DNA of 48,611 nucleotides from an uncultured bacterium (GTDB lineage Bacteria; Eisenbacteria; RBG-16-71-46; JABDJR01): the NCBI GenBank assembly GCA_964424285.1, contig CAYRIJ010000002.1:6261-54871 (forward strand), read 5' to 3'. Below, piece by piece: positions 9,364 through 16,686 of this stretch (the first letter of the stretch is position 1; every line of letters starts with the position of its first letter). The notes beneath the pieces were generated by a model. The model made no database searches and had not been told where the DNA came from. It saw nothing but the letters and a program-made list of their open reading frames with translations. A program made the position numbers and the translations under genes.

Positions 9364-10485
9364 GTGGCACACGCATACACGCCGGGGCTCCGGGTCACCG
9401 GCCACACCGTGATCGACAAGGTCCGTCGCCTCCCCCTCAAGGGGGAGGTGGTGGCGAAGCAGGGGGACACGGTCCGGGCCGAGGACGTGGTGGCCCGAAC
9501 CGCCCTCCCGGGAAACGTGAAGACGGTCAACGTGGCCAACATCCTCGGCGTTCCCCCCGCGGACATCGCCGGCTGCATGCTCAAGCAGCCGGGGGAGTCG
9601 GTGAAGGAGGGGGAGCCGATCGCCCGGGCCAAGTCCCTGTTCGGCCTCCTCAAGTCCACCGCCCGGGCCAACACCACCGGCACCCTCGAAAACGTCTCGG
9701 AGGTCACCGGCCAGGTCACCCTCCGCGAACCCGCCCTCCCGGTGGAGATGGTGGCCTACGTGGACGGCACGGTGAAGGAGGTCATGCCCGAGGAGGGGGT
9801 GGTGGTCGAGACCCGCGGCGCGCTGATCCAGGGTATCTTCGGGATCGGGGGAGAGGGGGTGGGCCTCCTCCACCTGGCGGTGGACGCCCCGGACCGGCAG
9901 GCCGATCCCGAGTCGCTCAGGGACGTGAAGGGGAAGGTGGTGGTGGTGGGAACCCAGGCCACCTACGCCATCATCCAGGAAGCCCGCAAGCAGGGAGCGG
10001 CGGCGATCGTGGCCGGGGGGATGGCCGACGAGGACCTGAGGAAGCTCCTGGGGTACGACCTCGGGGTGGCCATCACCGGAAGCGAGGACCTGGGCCTCAC
10101 CGTGATCACCACCGAGGGGTTCGGGGCGCTCACCATGGCCGACAAGACCTTCGAGCTCCTGGTCCGTCTGAACGGCAAGAAGGCCTCGGTGAACGGGGCC
10201 ACCCAGATCCGGGCCGGCGTGCTTCGCCCGGAGATCATCGTCCCCCTGGAGGAGAGCCGGGGGAAGGCGGAGTCGCCGGACACCTTCCAGGGCGGTCTCG
10301 ACGTGGGCATGGTCATCCGCGTGATCCGCGAACCCTACTTCGGGCGTCTGGGGCAGGTGACCGCGCTCCCTTCCGAGCTCGTCGCCCTGGAGACCGAGGC
10401 CAAGGTGCGGGTGCTCCGGGTGAAGCTCGCCGGCGGGGACGAGGTCGTCGTGCCTCGCGCGAACGTGGAAATGATCGAGGGCTGA
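9364..10485 (+). CDS. Conserved hypothetical protein, partner of the GlmL-like ATPase; the N-terminus looks like a barrel-sandwich hybrid (lipoyl/biotinyl-like) fold
   Basis: GTG at 9364 is preceded by an AGGAAAGGAAG RBS. The half-motifs KGEVVAKQGDTVRAEDVV and SVKEGEPIARAK resemble hybrid-barrel domains. The rest is unassigned. Confidence 0.6.
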   Translation: MAHAYTPGLRVTGHTVIDKVRRLPLKGEVVAKQGDTVRAEDVVARTALPGNVKTVNVANILGVPPADIAGCMLKQPGESVKEGEPIARAKSLFGLLKSTARANTTGTLENVSEVTGQVTLREPALPVEMVAYVDGTVKEVMPEEGVVVETRGALIQGIFGIGGEGVGLLHLAVDAPDRQADPESLRDVKGKVVVVGTQATYAIIQEARKQGAAAIVAGGMADEDLRKLLGYDLGVAITGSEDLGLTVITTEGFGALTMADKTFELLVRLNGKKASVNGATQIRAGVLRPEIIVPLEESRGKAESPDTFQGGLDVGMVIRVIREPYFGRLGQVTALPSELVALETEAKVRVLRVKLAGGDEVVVPRANVEMIEG

Positions 10486-10488
10486 TCG

Positions 10489-11223
10489 ATGAACGAGCGG
10501 GAGTACCCCGGCGAAAAGACCCGGATCCCCATCCCTTCCTACGAGGAGACCCCGCTCAGCCGGTCCGAGTACATCTCGGCCCTGGTGCATTTCTACCGGG
10601 GGGAGCTGGACCGGGCCACCCAGTGGCGCCTGCGCCTGGACAACACCACCAACTGGGCCATCCTCTCGGTCATGGGGCTCGTCACCTTCAGCCTCGGCGA
10701 GCCCTCCCACTCCCACGTGGGGATCCTGGCCGGCATGATCCTGGTCTTCACCTTCCTGGGCATCGAGGCCCGGCGCTTCCGGTTCTTCGACGTCTGGCGC
10801 GCCCGGGTGCATATGCTGGAAGAGAACTTCTTCGGGCCGATCCTCCGCCGGGATCTTCGAAGCCCGGTGGCCAACTGGGGGAAGCTGGTGGCCGAGGATC
10901 TCCTCCGCCCCCGGTTCAAGATCACCTACCAGCAGGCGGTCCGCGCGAGGCTGCGGCGCAATTACGGGGCGCTCTTCCTGCTTCTCCTGGGGAGCTGGGT
11001 GCTGAAGCTGCTCATGCACCCCGGGGTGATCGAGGGGGAGTACTCGTTCTACCGGAGCATGCGGATCGGCCCGGTGCCTCCCTGGGTGGCCCTCGCCCTG
11101 GTGCTCGCCCTCTACCTGTACCTGGCCGCAGTCCTCCTGGCCGTGCCGTCCATCGGCACCCCCGAGGAGGAGTACTGGGGAAGGCGGACCAACGAGGAAC
11201 GGCTCTCTCCCTTCGACATCTGA
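10489..11223 (+). CDS. DUF2270-like integral membrane protein
   Basis: Starts 3 nt after the upstream stop. Carries the YRGELDRATQWRLRLDNTTNWAI motif followed by several TM helices. The assignment is recalled from the DUF2270 family pattern. Confidence 0.6.
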   Translation: MNEREYPGEKTRIPIPSYEETPLSRSEYISALVHFYRGELDRATQWRLRLDNTTNWAILSVMGLVTFSLGEPSHSHVGILAGMILVFTFLGIEARRFRFFDVWRARVHMLEENFFGPILRRDLRSPVANWGKLVAEDLLRPRFKITYQQAVRARLRRNYGALFLLLLGSWVLKLLMHPGVIEGEYSFYRSMRIGPVPPWVALALVLALYLYLAAVLLAVPSIGTPEEEYWGRRTNEERLSPFDI

Positions 11224-11327
11224 TTCCCTCCGCCTCCGGTCCTTCAAACCGGATCGCCGCCGGCCGATAACCCCCGAAGAGGGCGAGGTCCGCCCTCGAA
11301 GGATTCAACCCGGGAGACGCGGCCTCG

Positions 11328-11744
11328 GTGAGCCCCACCAGCGGACATGACCCGCGCTATCGCCCCCCCCTGACCCGATCGGGGAGGCTGGGGACCGCCA
11401 TGCACGTCCTGGCGGCCCTGGCCGCCTGGGTGGCGTTCGGGGTGTTCTGGTACGAGGTGTTCTGCCGCACCCCTCCGGCGGAGAGCGCGGCCGGGGTCCT
11501 GGTGGTCGCGGTCCTCCTTCTGACGTCGGTGAGCCTCACCGCGGCCTGGATCCGGCACAACCTGGTGCTCTCCCGGCGGTACGCGTTCCGGAGGAAATCG
11601 GTGCCGCAGGCGCAGGCGGACTGGAGCCGGGACGCCCTCGGCCGTCCGGTGGCCGGCCCCGACTGGGAAGCCCTCCAGAACGCCCCGGAAGTGGAGATCG
11701 ATCTCGATCCCGCCTCGGGGCGGAAGATCTACCGGGCGTTTTGA
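11328..11744 (+). CDS. Small two-TM membrane protein, possibly a PgaD-like synthase accessory subunit
   Basis: 138 aa with two TM helices (VLAALAAWVAFGVFWYEVF and VLVVAVLLLTSVSLTAAWI) followed by a basic tail. Its stop overlaps the GT2 start (ATGA-type, 4 nt). An alternative ATG start lies at 11400. PgaD-likeness is inferred from size, topology and coupling only. Confidence 0.5.
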   Translation: MSPTSGHDPRYRPPLTRSGRLGTAMHVLAALAAWVAFGVFWYEVFCRTPPAESAAGVLVVAVLLLTSVSLTAAWIRHNLVLSRRYAFRRKSVPQAQADWSRDALGRPVAGPDWEALQNAPEVEIDLDPASGRKIYRAF

Positions 11745-13015
11745 TGGTGAGCCCGGCCGAGACCGCCGCCGCGGTTCAGGGATCCTGGCTCTACCTGGGG
11801 GCCCTGGTTTTCTTCGCGTTCTATCCGGTGCTCTCCAGCCTGGTCTGGGTTTCCACCTCCCTCCTCTACTACTGGCGATGGGAGCGCCATCTCCTCCCCC
11901 GGTTCTACGACATCGAGGTCTATCCCCTGGTGACCGTGCTGGTGCCCGCCTACGGCGAGGAGAGGGTGATCGCCCGCACGGTGGAGGGGATCCTGGCCCT
12001 GGACTACCCGTTCAAGGAGATCGTGGTGGTGGACGACGCCTCGCCGGACGGGACGGTGGCCGCGTTGGCCCCCTACGTGGAGCGGGGACAGGTGCGCCTG
12101 GTGCGAAAGCGCGTCAACGAGGGGAAGGCCATGGCCCTGAACGACGCCCTTCCCCTGGTGAACGGCGAGATCGTGATGATCATGGACGCCGACGCCTATC
12201 CCGATCCCATGATGTTGCGCTGGATCGTGCCGCACTTCCGCTCCCCGAGAGTGGCGGCGGTGACCGGGAACCCCCGGGTGGCCAACCGGCACAGCTTTCT
12301 GGCCAAGCTCCAGCTCATCGAGTTCGCCTCGATCGTGAGCCTCCTGCGCCGGTCCCAGCGGGTCTGGGGACGGATCCTCACCATGAGCGGGGTGGTGGGG
12401 GCGTTCCGCCGCTCCGCCCTCATCGACGTGGGGCTCATGAGCCCCGAGATGGTCACCGAGGACATCGACATGACCTGGAAGCTCCAGCGCGCCCACTACG
12501 ACGTGCGCTACGAGCCGCGGGCCCTGGTCTGGATGCAGGTGCCGTCGAGCCTGGGGGGCCTCTTCCGCCAGCGCATCCGCTGGGCCAAGGGCCTGGCCCA
12601 GGTGCTCCATCGTAACCGCGACCTCCTCCTGGATCGCCGCCACCGGCGCCACTGGCCGGTCCTGATCGAGGCCGTCCTGTCCATCACCTGGGCCTACGTC
12701 ATGGTGGGGCTCATCGCGCTCTGGATCGCTTTCCGCGCGGCCGGGCTTCCCATTCTGGGCGTCTCCCCGATCCCCACCTGGTGGGGAATGCTGATCGGCA
12801 CCACCTGCCTCCTCCAGCTCCTGGCCGGGGTGCTCCTGGAGCGGCGCTACGACCGCACCCTCTCCCGCTACTTCTACGTGGCGGTGTTCTACCCCATCAT
12901 CTACTGGTTGCTGATGGCGGTGGTGACGGTGATCGCCACCCCCATGGGCCTGGCCGTCCCGCCCCGGCGGGGGACGGTCTCCCGCTGGCGCACCCGGCGC
13001 GAGCCGGCGGCCTGA
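11741..13015 (+). CDS. Processive family-2 glycosyltransferase (PgaC/IcaA/cellulose-synthase-like beta-glycan synthase)
   Basis: D,D,D,QxxRW signature: VVVDDASPDGT, IMDADA, TEDID and QRIRWAKG. TM helices flank the catalytic domain. Confidence 0.85.
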   Translation: MMVSPAETAAAVQGSWLYLGALVFFAFYPVLSSLVWVSTSLLYYWRWERHLLPRFYDIEVYPLVTVLVPAYGEERVIARTVEGILALDYPFKEIVVVDDASPDGTVAALAPYVERGQVRLVRKRVNEGKAMALNDALPLVNGEIVMIMDADAYPDPMMLRWIVPHFRSPRVAAVTGNPRVANRHSFLAKLQLIEFASIVSLLRRSQRVWGRILTMSGVVGAFRRSALIDVGLMSPEMVTEDIDMTWKLQRAHYDVRYEPRALVWMQVPSSLGGLFRQRIRWAKGLAQVLHRNRDLLLDRRHRRHWPVLIEAVLSITWAYVMVGLIALWIAFRAAGLPILGVSPIPTWWGMLIGTTCLLQLLAGVLLERRYDRTLSRYFYVAVFYPIIYWLLMAVVTVIATPMGLAVPPRRGTVSRWRTRREPAA

Positions 13016-13062
13016 CAACCTTTCTCTTCGGTAATACCGACCGCCGTTGTCCGGTTTCCTCG

Positions 13063-13108
13063 TTGACCCCCGGCAAGCCCTCTGTTAGCGTTTCGAAATC
13101 TTTTTCGA
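13063..13108 (+). promoter_or_regulatory. Candidate promoter plus a small inverted repeat in front of the four-gene membrane operon
   Basis: TTGACC (13063-13068), a 17-nt spacer, then TAGCGT (13086-13091). These are followed by the inverted repeat TCGAAA-tctt-TTTCGA (13093-13108) in a locally AT-rich patch. Confidence 0.3.
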
Positions 13109-13133
13109 CACCCTTGAGGAACCGTCTATCCCC

Positions 13134-14207
13134 ATGTGGACCGCTCCGATATCCAAATGCCGTCGGCGCCGCCCGGCAGCGGTAGGCCGCGCCGCGACAG
13201 TGCTGCAAGCCGTCCTCCGGACCACGGTTCTGGGGCTGGCGCTGCTGGTCATGGCCGCCGGAGCGCGGGCGGAACCCGCGCCGGGGGACAGCGCGGGCGC
13301 CCCGGTCGGAACCGCGCCGGCCGCGCTGGGCGCGACCGACACCCTCGCCCTCGGAACCGCGCCCCCCCCGCTCTCCGTTTCGGGGGGGGGAGCCGCCGAG
13401 GCCTCGGAGGACGGACCGAAGACCTTCCGCCAGAAGCTCTTCGACACCACGTTTTTCCCGGTGTTCGTCGGGCTCGCCCTGTTCGGCGCGCTCTTCCTGT
13501 GGGCCATCGCCCGGGCGGAGCGGGGAAAGCAGTTCTTCATCCGCAAGATCGCCGGCCTGGACGCGGTGGAGGAGGCGGTGGGGCGCGCCACCGAGATGGG
13601 GAAGCCGGTCCTCTACGTCCCCGGGATCGACGACGTCAACAACATCCAGACCATCTACTCGATGATCATCCTGGGGAACGTGGCCCGCACCGTGGCCAAG
13701 TACGAGACCCCGTTGATCGTGCCGTTGGCCCGCGCCTTCGTGGTCCCCCTGGCCGAGGAGACGGTGAAGCAGGCCTACATCGACGCCGGGGTCCCCGACG
13801 CCTACAACCCCAACAACATCCGCTACCTCTCCGAGGAGCAGTTCGCCTTCACCGCCGGGGTGGACGGGATCATGCTCCGGGAGAAACCGGCGGCGAACCT
13901 CTTCCTGGGCTCGTTCTTCGCCGAGAGCCTCATCCTGGCCGAGACCGGCTTCCAGACCGGGGCCATCCAGATCGCCGGCACCGCCAACATCCACCAGCTC
14001 CCCTTCTTCGTGGTGGCGTGCGACTACACCCTGATCGGGGAGGAGTTCTACGCGGCCACCGCCTACCTGGCCCGGGAGCCCAAGCTGGTGGGAACGCTCA
14101 AGGGAACCGACTACATGAAGATCGTGATCCTGGCCTACCTGGTCCTGGGGACCCTCCTCGAGACCTTCGGGATCCACGCCCTCACCAACTTCCTCAGGCT
14201 GGACTAA
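13134..14207 (+). CDS. Unknown-function membrane protein A (signal peptide, Ala/Pro/Gly linker, TM helix, domain of about 200 aa, C-terminal TM helix)
   Basis: Signal-like N-terminus VLGLALLVMAAGARA/EP. TM helix FFPVFVGLALFGALFLWAI. Conserved-looking core IRKIAGLDAVEEAVGRATEMGKPVLYVPG. First gene of a tight four-gene operon. No motif recognised. Confidence 0.6.
   Translation: MWTAPISKCRRRRPAAVGRAATVLQAVLRTTVLGLALLVMAAGARAEPAPGDSAGAPVGTAPAALGATDTLALGTAPPPLSVSGGGAAEASEDGPKTFRQKLFDTTFFPVFVGLALFGALFLWAIARAERGKQFFIRKIAGLDAVEEAVGRATEMGKPVLYVPGIDDVNNIQTIYSMIILGNVARTVAKYETPLIVPLARAFVVPLAEETVKQAYIDAGVPDAYNPNNIRYLSEEQFAFTAGVDGIMLREKPAANLFLGSFFAESLILAETGFQTGAIQIAGTANIHQLPFFVVACDYTLIGEEFYAATAYLAREPKLVGTLKGTDYMKIVILAYLVLGTLLETFGIHALTNFLRLD
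13362..13390 (+). repeat. C8-N12-G9 complementary homopolymer pair inside membrane-protein gene A
   Basis: CCCCCCCC (13362-13369), then gctctccgtttc, then GGGGGGGGG (13382-13390). It encodes APPPLSVSGGG in the post-signal-peptide linker. Confidence 0.9.
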
Positions 14208-14210
14208 CCC

Positions 14211-14891
14211 ATGCTGCGTCGTGAAGTGCCGCTCTTCCTCACCATGATCGTGGGCTGGTTCATGGTGGCCGACTTCTTCGTTCCCCTGACCGAGCCGGTG
14301 GGGACGGAGATCCAGAACTGGGCCATCATCATGACCGCGTTCGCCGCGGTGCTGGGGGTGGCCAACGTGGCCCGCATCAACCTGCTCAAGGTGAGCCGGC
14401 GGGACCGGGACTGGCCCTACGCGATGGTGCTGCTGTTCGGTCTGACCGCGATGATGCTCATGGGCACCGCGCTTCCCATCCTGAAGTGGGCGGTGGGGGC
14501 CAAGGGCGAGTGGATGATCGGGAGCCTCCGCCTCACCGGGGTCACCGACGGCACCCTCTTCGACCGGGTCTACAACCGGATGTACGTTCCCCTCCAGGCC
14601 ACCATGTTCGCGCTCCTGGCCTTCTACATCGCGTCGGCCGCGTTCCGGGCCTTCCGGGTGCGGACGGTGGACGCCACCCTCCTCGCGCTGGCCGCGGTGA
14701 TCGTGATGATCGGGCGGGTCCCCCTGGGGGAGAAGATCTGGACCGGCCTCCCCCAGATCACCGACTGGATCATGAACGTCCCCCAGCTCGCGGCCAAGCG
14801 GGCGATCCTGATCGGGGCCGCCCTGGGGGCGATCGCCACCGGGCTCAAGGTGATCCTGGGCATCGAGCGCAACTTCCTGGGGAGCGACTAG
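14211..14891 (+). CDS. Unknown-function polytopic membrane protein B
   Basis: ATG lies 3 nt after the stop of gene A. It has about 5-6 hydrophobic helices and no recognisable transporter or enzyme motif. Confidence 0.6.
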   Translation: MLRREVPLFLTMIVGWFMVADFFVPLTEPVGTEIQNWAIIMTAFAAVLGVANVARINLLKVSRRDRDWPYAMVLLFGLTAMMLMGTALPILKWAVGAKGEWMIGSLRLTGVTDGTLFDRVYNRMYVPLQATMFALLAFYIASAAFRAFRVRTVDATLLALAAVIVMIGRVPLGEKIWTGLPQITDWIMNVPQLAAKRAILIGAALGAIATGLKVILGIERNFLGSD

Positions 14892-14894
14892 CCG

Positions 14895-15770
14895 GTGGCC
14901 GCCGCCGAGCGCACCTTCCTGGAGAAGGTCGAGAAGCTGGACCGCCGCTGGGTGTTCCTGCTCATGCTGATCTCCATCTCCGTCCCCCTCTTCGTCAAGA
15001 TGAACCTCCCCATCCGGGTGAGCGAGCCGGTTCGGGGCTTCTACAAGGCCATCGAGGACCTGAAGCCCGGAGACGTGGTCTACTTCGCCGCCGACTACGA
15101 TCCGGGGTCCAAGCCCGAGCTCGACCCGATGCTGGTGGCCGCCCTGGACCAGCTCTTCCGGAAGAACGTGAAGATCGTGGGGGCCACCCTGTGGCCGGCG
15201 GGGGCGCCGCTCCTGGAGCGGGGGCTCAAGGACGTGGGGGAGGGGACCTACCACCGGGTCTACGGCACCGACTTCGTGAACCTGGGGTTCAAGGAGGGCA
15301 AGGAGAACGTGATGGTCCAGCTCGGGAAGTCCTTCCGGGGGGTCTATCCGAACGACTACTACGGCACCCCGGTGGACCGCCTGCCCCTTCTGGCCGCCAA
15401 GAAGCCCGGGGGCGGCTGGTCGATCGACAACTTCAAGGACGTGAAGCTGATCGTGAACATCTCCGCCGGCTACCCGGGAACCAAGGAGTGGGTGCAGCAG
15501 GTGCGAAGCCGCTACGACATTCCGATCGTGGCCGGAGTCACCGCGGTGAGCGCCCCCGAGTACTACCCCTACGTCCAGTCGGGACAGCTCTCGGGACTCC
15601 TGGGGGGGCTGGCCGGGGCCGCGGAGTACGAGCAGCTGATCGACCGGCCGGCCTGGGCCACCACCGGCATGTCGGCCCAGAGTCTCGGCCACGTCACCAT
15701 CATCGTCCTCATCATCCTGGGGAACCTGGTCTACTACCTGAACCGCCGCCGCCGACCGGAAGCAGAGTAG
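14895..15770 (+). CDS. Unknown-function bitopic membrane protein C (N-terminal TM, soluble domain of about 230 aa, C-terminal TM, then an RRRR tail)
   Basis: GTG lies 3 nt after the stop of gene B. TM helices WVFLLMLISISVPLF and VTIIVLIILGNLVYYL. No motif recognised. Confidence 0.6.
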   Translation: MAAAERTFLEKVEKLDRRWVFLLMLISISVPLFVKMNLPIRVSEPVRGFYKAIEDLKPGDVVYFAADYDPGSKPELDPMLVAALDQLFRKNVKIVGATLWPAGAPLLERGLKDVGEGTYHRVYGTDFVNLGFKEGKENVMVQLGKSFRGVYPNDYYGTPVDRLPLLAAKKPGGGWSIDNFKDVKLIVNISAGYPGTKEWVQQVRSRYDIPIVAGVTAVSAPEYYPYVQSGQLSGLLGGLAGAAEYEQLIDRPAWATTGMSAQSLGHVTIIVLIILGNLVYYLNRRRRPEAE

Positions 15771-15782
15771 GAGCTCGATCCC

Positions 15783-16499
15783 GTGCACGTGAGCAGCGAT
15801 CCGTGGGTCTGGGTGGCCGCCCTCTGTACCCTGGCCATTCTCTCCTACCTCTACAAGGACAACCCGATCTACAAGACCGCGGAGTACCTCTTCGTGGGGG
15901 TGGCCTCGGGCTACTACCTGAGCATCCAGTACGACAACGTGCTGGTTCCGAACCTGTTCCAGCCGATCTCGCGGGGGGTGTCGGGGGTGTTCGGCGGAAC
16001 CCCGGATCCCACCGGGCTGGTCCGGATCGGGGCCCTGGTCCTGGGGGTGTTCATGTTCGCCCGCTTCGTGCCGCGCATCTCCTGGCTCTCCCGCTGGGCC
16101 ATCGGGGTGATGGTCGGGGCGTACTCCGGCCTGGCGGTGATCGGCTTCGCCCAGGGCGACCTCATCGAGCAGATCCGCTCGAACCTGATGCCCCTGGTTC
16201 AACCCGGCTCCTGGGGCACCCTCGCCGCCGCCCACGGGTTCACCGCGGGCTTGATGGCGGGCCTCGGCGTCCTTTCCAACACGGTGCTGATCCTGGGACT
16301 CGTGACCACCCTGTACTACTTCTTCTTCTCCGCCGAGCACCGGGGGGTGGGGGGCGGCGCCGCCCGCCTCGGGATCTACTACCTCATGATCTCCTTCGGG
16401 GCTTCCTACGGTTTCACGGTCATGGCCCGCATCTCCCTGGCCCTGGACCGCCTGCGGTTCCTGTTCTCGGACTGGCTCGGCTTCCGGCTCATCCATTGA
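15783..16499 (+). CDS. Unknown-function polytopic membrane protein D
   Basis: GTG lies 12 nt after the stop of gene C. It has about 6 hydrophobic helices and is the last gene of the four-gene operon. Confidence 0.6.
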   Translation: MHVSSDPWVWVAALCTLAILSYLYKDNPIYKTAEYLFVGVASGYYLSIQYDNVLVPNLFQPISRGVSGVFGGTPDPTGLVRIGALVLGVFMFARFVPRISWLSRWAIGVMVGAYSGLAVIGFAQGDLIEQIRSNLMPLVQPGSWGTLAAAHGFTAGLMAGLGVLSNTVLILGLVTTLYYFFFSAEHRGVGGGAARLGIYYLMISFGASYGFTVMARISLALDRLRFLFSDWLGFRLIH

Positions 16500-16588
16500 G
16501 GCCGGCCCGGGGCGGTTTCCCGGGGGCGGGGCGCCGCCGGAGGTCCCCGGCGCTCGGCTCCGGGGATCCGAGGTCCCGGCGGGCCGCG

Positions 16589-16618
16589 TTGACAGCCCCT
16601 CGAGCCGCTTTCTATACT
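16589..16618 (+). promoter_or_regulatory. Candidate sigma70-type promoter for the opp/dpp operon
   Basis: TTGACA (16589-16594), an 18-nt spacer, then TATACT (16613-16618), about 70 nt upstream of the substrate-binding protein ATG. These are strikingly consensus-like hexamers in GC-rich DNA. Confidence 0.45.
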
Positions 16619-16686
16619 CGACCACCGTCTACCTCCCCTCATTCCATGGATTTAGGGCCAAGAACCCCCGTCCGGAGGACACCTTC

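Noticed and set aside
12897-16625. Very long antisense ORFs: 12897..16625 (1242 aa), 32377..36483 (1368 aa), 16639..19536, 7341..9719, 38569..41058, 41491..43788, 9031..11247, 1795..3561, 44258..46075
   Set aside because: Their translations are Arg/Gly/Pro/His-rich low-complexity strings with no motifs. They lie exactly opposite well-supported genes. Stop-codon depletion on the antisense strand of GC3-rich genes explains them.
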